Assembly (NCBI RefSeq): GCF_000281045.1
Contig: NW_008246105.1
Location: 405,762-469,761, forward strand
Reading direction: 5' to 3'
Source of the DNA: Saprolegnia diclina VS20
Taxonomy: Eukaryota
Length of the DNA stretch: 64,000 nucleotides
Position 1 is the first letter of the stretch. Every line of letters begins with the position of its first letter. Below are positions 45,391-56,869 of the stretch, in pieces. The position numbers and the translations under genes were made by a program. The notes under the pieces were generated by a model. That model did no database searches. It saw only the letters and a list, made by a program, of their open reading frames with translations, and was not told the DNA's origin.

Positions 45391-47751
45391 CTATTCGGAT
45401 TCGAAGATGAGCGCGAGCTCCTTGAGCGCGGCAAAGAGGTCGGCCGCAAACGCGTGCGACGACGTGCCCTCCGCCGACTTGTTGCTCGAGATGTGGAAGA
45501 AGAGGTTCGAGTCGCCGGCAATCATGTAGCTCACGCCGTAGCCGTCGGTCGCGACCGGGCCAAAGCCGCCGCCAGGGCACACCATCCCGTCATACTCCTC
45601 CTTGCTCAAGAGCTTGGCGACGTCCTTCCAGTTGGTGGTCTGCTGCTGCGGCTGCTGGCTCGTGCTGAGGCGCCACGGGCGCTGGAGCGCCTGCTTGAGG
45701 AACGGCGACTCGACGCCCATGCCCACCGAGACGCAGTAGAGCGTAAAGAGGTGGCGGTCGACGCCTTCACCGCACATGGCACGACGATACAGGTCCTGGT
45801 GGGCCTCGCCCGCCGCGTACGCCAGCGCCCGGCGCTCCGCGTTGCTCTTGGTCTCGTCGACAAGCGACAGAATAAAGGCCTTGGACGCGTCCGTGACGGG
45901 GCGGACCGTCTCGGTGCGGCCGTGCTTGTAGAGGCGCGTCATGCTCGCTTCGTACGTCTGCGTGAACGTTCCGCGCGAGTTCTTGTAGTACGCGTACTGC
46001 AGCGCCATCTGCATGAACGCATCTGGGCTCATCTTGAACTTCTTCGTGATCGCAATCTTGCCATAGTCCGTGTGGCTAATGACGGCGAGGTCAAACGTCG
46101 CGATCGCGGCCTGCGCAATCGCGAGCTCGGTCTGCACGGCTGCGTCGAGCGCCGGCGTCCAGTCCCACTGCAGCGACTTGACGGCCGGCAAGGTCGCCAC
46201 GTCCGCGTCCGACGGCTTGCAGTGGCCATCAACAGTGTACATTTGGTCGAGTACTTCGCGCGTGCACGCTTCCTCCCAGAGGTGCGCGACGACCGGCGCG
46301 TCGGCCCACGCGTGCTCAACGTTCATGCCGATGCGGCCGTTGGCAAAGGCGACCATCGTCAGCGACTTGTCAAACCAGCGGGTCGCGCCGTCGCCGTGGA
46401 TGAGCGACCGGCCGAGCGCCTCCATCTCGTTGGGCGAGCCCTCGTCAAAGTACAGCACGAGGATCGCCGACTCGATGACGTGCAGCGACTTCTTGTTGAC
46501 GCCGTCCGAGAAGAAAGCATCGCGGTGCTCGGCCCACGTCGTGCGGTTGGCGGCCGTGAGCGCCGACAAGTGGGCTTCAGGCGCCTTGTCCGAGGACGCG
46601 GCCGCAACGACCGCTGCAAGCTGGCGCTCCATGTCGCGCGCCGAGAGGAGCTGCCCGTACGTGCCCTTCGTGTAGAGCGGCACCTTGAACCAGCGACCCT
46701 TGCAGTTGACGGCAATGTGCTTGGACGACTCGTAGCGAGCGAGCGTGTCCTCTTCGCGGCCGGGAAGACGCGTCGTGGAGAAAATGCGCTCGTACTGCGC
46801 CATGCACATGGGCACGATGCCGCGGAGCATGAGCGGCGGGAGCTGTTCGCGGTCGAGGTTCATCTTGAACGTAAGGAGCTGGCGAAGCATGCCGGCGGCG
46901 CGCGCCACGGGGACGGTCGACGGAATGTACTCGCGCGGCGGCAGCACGTAGTAGTTCGAGTTGATCATGAGCGACGTGCGGCCCTTGAGGTACACGTACT
47001 TCTCCCACCAGTCGGTGATGTAGTTGTCGGCAAACCAGCTCTTGAGCACGAGGTACTTGTGGAGGCGCGGGCCGACGCTCGCTTCAAAGTCCTTCGCAAG
47101 GCCCTCAATTTCCGCGTACTCCTTTTCGTCGACAAGCGGATGGACCGACTTGAGGTAGCGCTCGATCGTGCCGTTGAGCGCCGGCACCGACATACGCGGC
47201 AGCGCCGATTGGTACGAGTACGTGAGCGGGTCCTTCCCGCCGAGGATCTTGACGAGGCCACCCCAGAGCGTCACGACATGGCTCACTTGGCGCGGCGCGA
47301 GGTACAGCCAGCCACGGTAGCTCAAGAGCACACGCAGCACCAGGCGATGGATGCTCATGAGCACGATGAGGCCGGCGAGCGCCGCCCAAGCCGCGAGGTA
47401 CGCGAGGTACACCGAGTGCGGGAGGTAGCTCGAGAAGGGCACGATCGCGTTGCCAACGTGCCAGATGGCCCACGACAACGTCGAGTCGCGCCACCACGAG
47501 GTCGCGGGCGACGCCAGCACGGCGGCGATGACCACCGCAACGACGAGGATCGCGACGCTTGGCGGTGCCGGGTAGACAAAGCGCTGGACCGTCCGCTGGA
47601 GATGGTAGGCGTAGCGGAGGGCGCGGGCGCGGAGCTCCTTGGGCGGCGGGATGAGGAAGTGGACCTCGATCGCGCCCTCCTCGCTCAGGAGGAGCTTGAC
47701 GCCCCGGCGGTTGCCTTCGTACACGTGGACGGCTGCGTTCGCTTCGGCCAT
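45391..47751 (-). CDS. CPT1: Carnitine O-palmitoyltransferase 1, single exon
   Basis: MAEA N-terminus, two TM segments, QSALPRMSVP, WWEKYVYL, RWFDKS, EHAWADA (catalytic His), TYEASMTR, GGFGPV. Confidence 0.96.
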   Translation of the reverse strand: MAEANAAVHVYEGNRRGVKLLLSEEGAIEVHFLIPPPKELRARALRYAYHLQRTVQRFVYPAPPSVAILVVAVVIAAVLASPATSWWRDSTLSWAIWHVGNAIVPFSSYLPHSVYLAYLAAWAALAGLIVLMSIHRLVLRVLLSYRGWLYLAPRQVSHVVTLWGGLVKILGGKDPLTYSYQSALPRMSVPALNGTIERYLKSVHPLVDEKEYAEIEGLAKDFEASVGPRLHKYLVLKSWFADNYITDWWEKYVYLKGRTSLMINSNYYVLPPREYIPSTVPVARAAGMLRQLLTFKMNLDREQLPPLMLRGIVPMCMAQYERIFSTTRLPGREEDTLARYESSKHIAVNCKGRWFKVPLYTKGTYGQLLSARDMERQLAAVVAAASSDKAPEAHLSALTAANRTTWAEHRDAFFSDGVNKKSLHVIESAILVLYFDEGSPNEMEALGRSLIHGDGATRWFDKSLTMVAFANGRIGMNVEHAWADAPVVAHLWEEACTREVLDQMYTVDGHCKPSDADVATLPAVKSLQWDWTPALDAAVQTELAIAQAAIATFDLAVISHTDYGKIAITKKFKMSPDAFMQMALQYAYYKNSRGTFTQTYEASMTRLYKHGRTETVRPVTDASKAFILSLVDETKSNAERRALAYAAGEAHQDLYRRAMCGEGVDRHLFTLYCVSVGMGVESPFLKQALQRPWRLSTSQQPQQQTTNWKDVAKLLSKEEYDGMVCPGGGFGPVATDGYGVSYMIAGDSNLFFHISSNKSAEGTSSHAFAADLFAALKELALIFESE

Positions 47752-47961
47752 TGCTCGCAAATGCACTTGTGGCCGATGTTGAAGCTGCAAACCTGCTCGC
47801 CGCTGATTGGCTGCCGGAAAGATCTTGGGGCGTCGAGTCAACAGCCTGTCGAGTTGACACAGCTGGCGCTGTTGACACGACCGCGCTTTGCCGCCATACG
47901 TCACCAAGCGACTTCAACCTGCGCGCCCTTGGATGCCCACCTTCGCGTCAAGATGAGAGAA

Positions 47962-48720
47962 GATGGTCCGGGCTTGGGACAGGCCGGCGCGACAGGGCGA
48001 CCGAGAAGAGGAAGAAGACAAAGCTGCCTCGACACCGAAGTGGCAAGGCGACGACGGCGTCTATGCATCGGCCTGTCAGGACCAGCTGGTTCGCGCTGCA
48101 CCGCCGCGAGAAGCGATGGTTCTCGAAGCTCGGCGCACTGGTGGCGGCACGCCGCCATCCGGGTGGCACCTTGAAGTTGGTGGTGTAGCGTCGACGGCCT
48201 CGGATGTCGACGCCACGATAGCGCCAAGGACCAATACACCCTTGATAGCGCGTAGCATTTATGCAGATGGTGCGTCCGATGACGAGGTTGGTTGCCGCCG
48301 ATGCACGCGACGAGTGTATCGACATCGCTGTCCATTTTGCTACTGAGCACCTACGTCTCATGCAAAACGAGGAGGATATGCCGTGGACCGAAGAAGAAGC
48401 CAAGCTCTGCGGGGATGGGACGTCCGATCCTACTGAAGAACGCAATGATGACCTCCAGGTACACTGTACTCTGCTCAGATCCCGGCAGTCGATCGAACAC
48501 TCGTCGTCGCAAGCTCCTCCTGCTACCGTTCGGCGTTGGTGTCGCCGCCCAAACCGCGTGATCGACCATCGCTGATGGCTAGTCTCGCGCGTGGACTGTG
48601 TCGGACGGGCACAAGCGTTGTCGAGGGCCAACGCCGTCTCCTTGAGGTACACAGAAGGACACGATGGCGGTGGGCTGCGACTGGAAACGAGCGTCGCGGG
48701 CAAGGCGTCCTCCGCCACTA
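47962..48720 (+). CDS. Possible hypothetical multi-exon gene divergent from CPT1
   Basis: Acidic ORF pieces (REEEEDK, MQNEEDMPWTEEEAK) and plausible splice signals. No recognisable domain. Confidence 0.3.
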
Positions 48721-48881
48721 GGCTGCGCTTGCCAGCGATGAGCTCACTTCAAGTTTGATGAACCAAGCGGCGATGACAAGTCCCCTCCACACTCCATCGA
48801 CCCAAGCGCCGAGCCCATGCAGGTCAAATCGTCTTCGTGTTCTCCAAGCTCTCATAAGGGAAACGTCTTCTTGGCCATGGA

Positions 48882-50538
48882 TCACATTTCGATGCCGAGC
48901 GCGAGCGTCACGTTCATGAACTCAAAGAGCACGCAGCGCATCCAGACGTAGACGGCGACACCGAGCAAGATGGAGATCGGGAGCGCTGGCAGCGCCTGCT
49001 TGTGAATACCAAGGAGGAAGAGCGTGCCACCGAGGCCCTAGCACAGGCTATTTGCACCCAACCTTCCGCAAGTAGTTGCAATCTACCACGAGGATCGCAA
49101 CGGCGCACGCCCACATGGCCGCGACATCGTAGAGCGCCGCACGCGACACGAGCACGCTGTAAAACACGAAATCCCCGAGCCCGAGCTTGATCGTATTGTC
49201 CTCTACGCCCATCGCGAGGCTAAGTCCACGCAACAAATAGCTCGAGACAGTACCCTCGTCGTCAGTGTCGAGGCCATACTTGCGTTCGAGGTCGCGCCAG
49301 AGGTCGCCTTCACGGCCCTCGTACATGGCCAAGATGTTGTCGATGCGGCTAAGGGCGTCTGGGTTGTAGGCTGTGTAGAAGGCGACAAGCCGGTCGCGCA
49401 CGCTCGGCTTGGGCTTCTTGGCGACAGGCTGCGGCGGCAAGAGGGGCTCGGTCTGCGCCTCCTTCTCGAGACTCTCTTCGTCCTCGTCTTGGGGCTTGGA
49501 CCGCCGGCGGGCGAAACTGCACACGTCCGACGCGGTCGTCGTTGTCGTGATAGCCGGCAACGGGCCGCCGTGCTGGTAGTAGTTGGGTTCAGAGTGATCA
49601 AAGCGGGTTTGAACTTCGGCCTCGTAGAGGAGGCCGGGGAGCGGCCGTCCCTCGGACTGGATGAGGTTCACGAGGCACTTGAGCGGCCCGCACGGCGTGA
49701 GGACGGCGCAGAGGTCGTAGAAGGCGAGCACGACGACGAGCGCCCACGTGGTCCACTCTGGGAACTTGCTGAGCTGCCACGCCATGATGACCGAGACCGC
49801 CACGAGGTACGACTGCGTCACCGACATGGGGAGTCCCTACCGTCTGCAATGAGCGGCGAGCTATAGCGGCGGTAGACACCTTTTGGTAAAAGATGGAGAG
49901 GACGCCGACGATCGCAAAGTTGTACATGACGATGGACCACGAGAGAATGTCGACGGCGACGTCGAGGCGCTCGAGGAGGACAGTCGCGAGGTGGCCGCCG
50001 AGGATCCCGAGCAAGACGGCCGACGAGAAGAACATGTAGCCCACGAGAAACTAATGCGAGGTGCCATGAGACCGCGATGGATCCGAAGCGTCGTACGTTG
50101 GTAAACTGAAACTTGTAGCAAAACACAATGACAAAGGTCGCAATCACAAACACGCCGACGATCGCGAGGGCGTTCACGATCGCATGCCCGAGGAGCGATC
50201 CGTCCGACTCGCCGTCTTCCGGGAGGTACACGAGGTAGGCGCTACAAGATCGCTCGTGCCCAGTCCATGCGCTACATGCAGCTCGTACTGGGCGATCTGA
50301 TCGGCGGTCTCTGGATCCGTGAGCACGGCCGAGGCGAGGCTAACGGAAGTTGCGTGAGGCCATGCGAGTCGCGGCGCCGGAATTCATACCTCGAAAGGAG
50401 CATCGTCATGGTCACGGGCAGGAGCACCGCGCGGAACGAGCCGAGCGAGTGCAGGATGTCGTGGACGTCGATGGCACCGGCCTCCATGTCCTCGGGCGCC
50501 TGGCGCGTCGGCGGCGCCATCAGCGGGACGCTAGCCAT
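48882..50538 (-). CDS. PSEN: Presenilin (gamma-secretase catalytic subunit), multi-exon
   Basis: PEWTTW...FYDLCAVLTPCGPL (YD), KLGLGDFVFYS (GxGD), ALPALPISI (PAL). Confidence 0.95.
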
Positions 50539-50789
50539 GGCATGAGCGACTCGTGGCGGCCTCGACCCCACCTTGTCGCGTTCATCTTGGCTCTTGAAGT
50601 ACGAGCGCAGATTGGATTGGCTTGGGTAGAGTATACTATACAAACGGAGCATGATTGGAAGCGTTCGAATCAAAATGGTGTCACCTACTACTATTTCCAA
50701 ACGCGCAAATACTGTACGAACATAGATTAATGTTTACTCTAACACTAAATCCCTGCGTTCCAATATTCACTCCTTTCTGCGCAAACACC

Positions 50790-51882
50790 ATGGCGGCCCG
50801 CTTGGAGTACAGTTGGTCCACCGAGTACAAGAACGACAAGCGGGTCCTGGGGATGCGCGACGCATGCAAGGCGATCCTGCTTATGCTCAACAAGGACGAC
50901 GCCGAGCTGCCCGATCCATCGATCCGCGGCTACGCCACATCCACCAAGGTCCACCTCGCCTTTCTCGCCTGCTCCTGCACCGTTGCTGCGTGTAGAAGGC
51001 CCGCGTGGCGGCGCCGCCCGCCAAGCCAAAGCCAGCAGTAGCAGCGCCCAAGGTCGCCGTCAAGGTCGATCGCCGCCCGCGAAAGGCCCCGAGCGTGCCC
51101 GACGACGGGTCGTCGACCGCCGACAGCGACTACATTGCCCGGGGCACGTTTACCAATCCGATGGACGACATGAGCGAGTACGAGAGCGACGACTCATTGC
51201 CACCGCCCCGGTTGGCGCCAAAGATCTACGAGAAGGTCGAGGTCGACGAGGACGACAACGGCGACGACGACAGCGACGACGAGGTAGGCGCTTCGACGCA
51301 AGACCAGGTAGCATCGGCTTGTAGAACGCAGACAAGGCGTGCCAGATCTGCAACCTCAATGAAAACGACTCGCAAAGTCTCATTTGCGACACGTGCGAAG
51401 ATGGTAGCAAACGTTGAGATCTTAGCGCGGTCTTATCGCGGCCTGTAGTGTTTCACACGTACTGCGTCGGGCTGGCCGACGTGCCCGAGAACGACTGGTT
51501 CTGCCCGACCTGTCTCGGCGCCGAGTACCACCGGCTCACGCAGCAATTCGTCCGCCAACGATCTCCAACCATAAGCTCATCGTCGTCATCGTAGGCGACC
51601 GAGCCGCTCTCAGTTCTCAACAGTTGGCTGGTCCACGCGTGCGGCTGCGACGCGCGCAACGACGTGTGCAAGTCGCCGTCGCTGGCGCGCATCTGCGTCT
51701 TCTTCAAGCGGCTCGTGCGCTCGCTCGCGCGCACCGACGGCGTCTTGCGGACCAAGTTTGGCATGCTCCTCACACACCACATTGCCAGCTGCCCCGAGAA
51801 GCTCTACTGTCCCGTCCCGCTCTGCAACCAAATGCGCCGGCGCAAGGCCAAAGTCCAGATCCGCGCCGTCGAACTACATTGA
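50790..51882 (+). CDS. PHD finger + TAZ-like zinc finger protein, multi-exon
   Basis: CQIC...LICDTC...FHTYC...WFCPTC; LVHACGC...C...HIASC...CPVPLC. Confidence 0.82.
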
Positions 51883-51941
51883 TAGGACGTTGATACATGC
51901 TTAATATAGGGTTTTTATTCGGTTTGGCGAGGGCGACGGCG

Positions 51942-54567
51942 TCAGGCGAGGAGACTCCGCGTGAGCGCCCGTGCGACACCCACAAAGTCGGCCAGCGGCG
52001 TCTCGGGCTCGACATCCAGCGTACTTTCGCTGAGCTCTTCGAGCGTACTCAAGAGGAGACGGCCGGCCGGCTGCGTCGCAAACTTGGTCGTTGCCTGCAA
52101 ACCCAAGTTGTACAAGGCTTTGCAGATGAGCGTGCTGCAGGCGACGTCCGTGAGCCCGACGCTGCGGAAGAGCGTCGTGAGCGCCTCGCGCGCCTGGAGC
52201 GACAGCAGCGCCTTGCGGCTCGGGCCGTCCAGCGCCGCATTCATCAAGATGCCGCAGACCGACGAGACGACGAGCTTGCTCGGGTGCTGGAGCAAGGCGA
52301 GGATGATCTCAAAGGATTGGGTCTGCACCAAGTGCGCGAGGACATCGGGGAACCGCGCGAGGTTGCCCAGCGCCCGCGCGACCTCGACGACCATCTCTTC
52401 GTTGGGATCGACCAAGCCGGGGCAGAGCGCCGTCGCGAGCTCGATGCGGTGCGCGGTGACGACGTTGGGCGCCGAGTCCGTCGGCGACGCGTAGAACGAG
52501 AGGTTGGTCAAGCAGCTCACAATGTTGAGCTGGAGCTCATCGTGGCCGCATGCAGTAGCGTGTGCGAGGAGCTCAAAGAGGCAGTCGAGACCTGGCGAGG
52601 CCGCGGCGATCGCACCGGCGGTTGCATTGATCGAGATGTTGGCCAGCAGCCGCATGAGCTTGACGAGTACATCCATCGACTCGTCGTCCTCTTCGTCGTC
52701 GTCGTCCTCATTGTCGCACGTGTCATGCAACGCGCGTTTGGTTGACGACGACGTCTGCTGCACGTAGAGCCGACCGTACTGCTGCAAGGTGCGGACGAGG
52801 ATCGAGACAGCGCGGTGTGACACAGCAAGGAGCTTCCGGTTCTTCTCGTTGCTCGCCGTGAGATTGCCAAGGACAAAGCACAGCCGGACAAGAAGAGCAG
52901 CTTGGAACCGGTGCGGCGCCCCCGATGAAGAAAGGTCGAGAAGCGCGACGAGGTCTCCGAGGATGTCGGGGCTCCTGTTGATCGGCGTCCGCCCGGCTTC
53001 GTGCAATGTGAGCTAAACCACAGCAATAAGAAATCTTCCGCTACATCTGTATATATATATGTACCTTGCTCAGGACGCGGGAGATGTTGAGCATGAGCTC
53101 GAGGTGCGAGGGGTACAGCGGGAGGAGCGCGCAGAGCGCCTCGGTCACGTGCCAGTGCCAGAACTGCTTGTGGCACGACTTGTGGACGGCGAGGTTGCGC
53201 AGGATCGCCGTCACCTGCACGAGGAGTTGTGCGACGGGGTTTTCGCCGCCGCGGCTTCCATCGTGACGAACGTGCAGCTACACATTTAATACATTTGCTT
53301 GAAAAATTGAAACAAAACGTGGCAATCGTACGTGCAAGATCGCTTTCAGAATCGAGATGGCGCCGTTCGTCGCAAGGAGTGACACCATGCGCGTCGTCGA
53401 CGACGCATTCTTGAGCGTCCCCGCCACGTAGATGAGCAGCTGCATCGACAACGGCCCTTTCTTGGACGATGACGCGTCGCTCAGCACGCCAACAAGCGTC
53501 TCGACGACCGCGACGTGGCAAAAGTGGTCGTCGTTGATTGGGTCCTTGCTCTGGAGGAAGAGCAGCTTGGCCGCATGCACCACCGGCGCCTCGAACGCCG
53601 CCAACGGTCCGAGGCGGCACACGTACAGCTACATGCAATCGCATATGTGAACGTAGTTGCATCCTCCAAGGTACCGTGATGGACGCGCGCGTGAGCTCAA
53701 TGACGCGGCGCCCCGAGGCAATCTCGATGCACTCGAAGAGTTGCGAGAGACATGCCGCGTTCGCCACGGCAAGCGTACCTGAGCCCATACGAATGAGGTC
53801 TCAGCACCACCTTAGGTCGATGTACCGAGCGCGCTCTCGTCGCGAAGAAGGTGCGTGTCGTGGTAGATCTGCGACGTGGCCTTGCAAATCGCTTGGACGG
53901 TCGCAAACGCCGCTTCGTCTTGGTCGGCATGCGCTCGGAAGCCGTCGAGGTGCTGCTGGAGCTCCTCGAGCCGGTCCGCCAGCGCCTCCTACGTCCACTG
54001 TCGTGTGCGCTTCAGAGAAAACCACTGCGTTACAATCGTTGAGACGGCTGTCAGCTCGTTCTCGTCGTCATTGTCGGATATAGCCTTGGCATCGGGACCG
54101 CTCGATGCTGCGAACGCCTTCTCGCCGCTGCTAGGCTCGTACTCGCTCATGGACGACTGCGGACGGTCGCCTCTTGCCGTCGAGATGGGCGTTGTCACGA
54201 CCTCGACCTCTTGGTTGTCTGCGTCTGTCCTCAGATACTTGCAGTGTCTCGTCGTGCCTACCTCGTCGCCGCGACGGTCGCTTCTTCTTGGGCTTTTCAA
54301 ACTCGGTGGCATCCGTCGAGAACGTCGAGCTTGGGCGAGAGCTTGGGCGGTAGTCGTCGCCGTAGAAGAGCGGGCGTGCTAATACACATTGCATCATGCA
54401 GCCTCATCCAGGATCCCGCGTACTGCCAGTCTTGGGCGTGAAGGGCCGCGACGGGTGCTTGAGCGACGCGCGCGCCTAGAGACGCATGAGGCGAGCGTCC
54501 ATGCGCCGAGATGCCGGACCTGCGCCAAGACGCTCGAGATGGCCCCGCGGGCGATGAGCCCGTCCAT
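51942..54567 (-). CDS. ARMC2: Armadillo repeat-containing protein 2-like, multi-exon
   Basis: N-terminal SLKHPSRPFTP; RLCFVLGNLTASNEKNR, VKLMRLLANISI, LTNLSFY, EVARALGNL. Confidence 0.82.
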
Positions 54568-54593
54568 ACCCGCGCGGCTTCAAATATGGCGTA

Positions 54594-54653
54594 GCAGTTA
54601 CGATGGTAATAATTTACGGGCAGTTACGATGGTAATAATTTACGGGCAGTTAC
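54594..54653. repeat. Perfect 26-bp tandem repeat (2.3 copies)
   Basis: GCAGTTACGATGGTAATAATTTACGG x2 plus GCAGTTAC. Confidence 0.95.
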
Positions 54654-54928
54654 ACTTGGCATGTGCCACATTGAACAAGGCGACCCGACCAGGCAGTTGG
54701 ACGCATGGCAGAAGCTATGGTAGTAATGCCATGCGCTTCTACGTGGTCTTCACGACAGACCAGCCTGGCGTCAGGGGTAATATCTATCCCTCCCTGTCGT
54801 GGGCTTTGCAGCGTTGGGCCAACTGCACTCTGCTGGCATTCGGCACATGCCGAATGGAGTGACGTTCCCACGTTATCCGGATGCGAATTGGTTTCGAAAT
54901 TTGCATTTTCGAAGCGTCCAGCAGTGGC

Positions 54929-55634
54929 ATGACGGACGACGAGTCGCACCTCGCGCTGCTGACCTTGCTTGGCGCTGGCGCATACGCCGTGACATACCTG
55001 CACACGAAGGCGCTCTCATCGGCTGCAGAGGTTCCTTTCGAGGAAGAGGCGCGGCGCACCGAGCGGCTCGTGCGCATCCGCGACCAAGCCGCCACGCTCA
55101 AGAACGCATATGACGCTGCTGTCGCGCAGCACTCGCGACTAGACAAGCTCATGGCCGACTACGAGGCTGCGAGACTAGCCTCCATGCAAGGGCTACGACT
55201 CGCTGCCAAGAGCGCAATCGACGAGGTCGCCATGCTCGTCAATAGCAGTTGCACCGACTACTTGGACCAGCAGCGTGCTATAGCGCGACGCCTCCCGCCA
55301 CGTATGAATGCTCCTTTGTATCGTCGTACGCACTCTAAACGACAGCCTAGCACCAGTAGACGAGCCTGCCCCAGAGACATTGGTTTTGCAAGCGTTGCCA
55401 TCATCACGAGCACGACCACCTGTGCGGCAGGGGGAGCACGGAGGCGTCGTCTTGCTCATCATGATGGTGTGCTGTGGTATCGCGCTGTACGCTTCCAAGC
55501 GGCGCCAGACGCATCGAACCACGACACAGACAGCCTCCATGGCACACGCGACGTACAGGCAACATGTACGATTGGTGGCGACGCGGAACGACGAGGAAGA
55601 CGATGGGCATGCTAGCACTCGGCGGGTACCGTAG
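54929..55634 (+). CDS. Hypothetical coiled-coil membrane protein, 2 exons
   Basis: N-terminal hydrophobic segment, coiled coil, intron at about 55302-55350, C-terminal TM VVLLIMMVCCGIALY. Confidence 0.55.
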
Positions 55635-55708
55635 GATAAGTCTGCAATCTTCCCCGCGCGTCGACCCATAAAGTAAATACAAGCATCGACGATTTAGTAA
55701 CGCTAACA

Positions 55709-56303
55709 TTAGATGGCATCTTCCTGGTACTCCGTGATGGACGGCGTCTTGAACGCGGCTTTGAGCTCGTCGTTGCTGTCGTTGCCGTGCATGAGCTTGT
55801 CGAGGCCGCGCAATGAGGCCGAGACGTCTGGAATGAACGTGACCGGTTCCCACGCGACGCCTTCGGGGCTGGCCTTCTATGCATAAAGTCGTGTCGAGGC
55901 ATTGCCCCCAAACTCGTCGTACCTTGCGCCCCAGCGTGAGCGTCCGCTTGAGCATCGATGAGAGCTGCGTCGGATGCAGAATAGGCTCAGCGTGCTTCTT
56001 GACGTAGTCCATGCGTTCCTGCAGCTTGCGGCTAGCCACCGCGAGGTCGTCGACGATCTTTTCCATGTCGTCGATCGTGGCAAAGTGGTGCTGGAGCAGC
56101 ACGCAGCGGTCGAGGAGCAGCTGGACGTTCGCCTCGTGCTCGGCCTCGAGGTCCATCTCCGCGTGCGAGTCCACGAGCGCGCACGTCTCGTCGATCTTGT
56201 ACATGGCGAGCGCGACCTTCTCCTCGACCGCCAGCGTCAAGTGGCCGCCGTCGAGCACCGCGGCCGCGACCTCTTCGCACGCCTCCTTGAAGTTCTCCCG
56301 CAT
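55709..56303 (-). CDS. BLOC-1 subunit 4 (Cappuccino/BCAS4)-like protein, 2 exons
   Basis: KIDETCALVD...LQHHFATIDDMEKIV helical pattern. Confidence 0.6.
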
Positions 56304-56419
56304 CGCCAAAGTGGTTGACGCTCCACGCCGCCCTCGTTACAAGAACATACCTCTCACATTCGATACGCATGGGCCGATGACGTGGCGCAACGAGCGGGCA
56401 AGATGGCAGGCAGTCAAGC

Positions 56420-56795
56420 GATCCACATCATTCTTCTCGTGCCAAGGCAGAAGCCACCGACGTCGCAAGGGACGCAGCTACCACATGTGTCCCGCTGTCA
56501 ATGGATCTTGCAGAGACTACAGTCTGCTGTAGTACTACCATCGAGCGGGCTTGATCGGCGAAGCAGGCGTGCGCTGGGACCTCTGTCGTACTAGTAGTGC
56601 AGAAGACCACACCGTCGGATCCGACCTTGCAGTGGCCCCATGTCCGAACGGTCTGGTCTGCTTGTATTGGACGCTACGTCCTCAGATCTTAGTGGAACGC
56701 TGCCACCAAGATCTGAGGACTTGTGGCAGAAGACTTTAGTCATTGCGTTCAACGCAAAGGCGCTAGTAGACAATATATGTGGACACGAATGATGG
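56420..56795 (+). ncRNA. Candidate structured ncRNA (unassigned)
   Basis: Series of hairpins including a perfect 13-bp stem (56678-90 / 56708-20), with complementary ends. Confidence 0.42.
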
Positions 56796-56869
56796 AGATA
56801 GTTAGCGTCTCGGTTAGTAATACGCGTAGTACTTCGAGATCGGAGTCCTCTAGGCCTAATAAATTGCAC

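Noticed and set aside
45454..48174. Long antisense ORFs (906 aa opposite CPT1; also opposite eRF1, ABCG, PAPSS, the kinase and the mucin gene)
   Set aside because: Expected shadow of strong GC3 codon bias. They are Arg/Val/Ala-rich with no domains.
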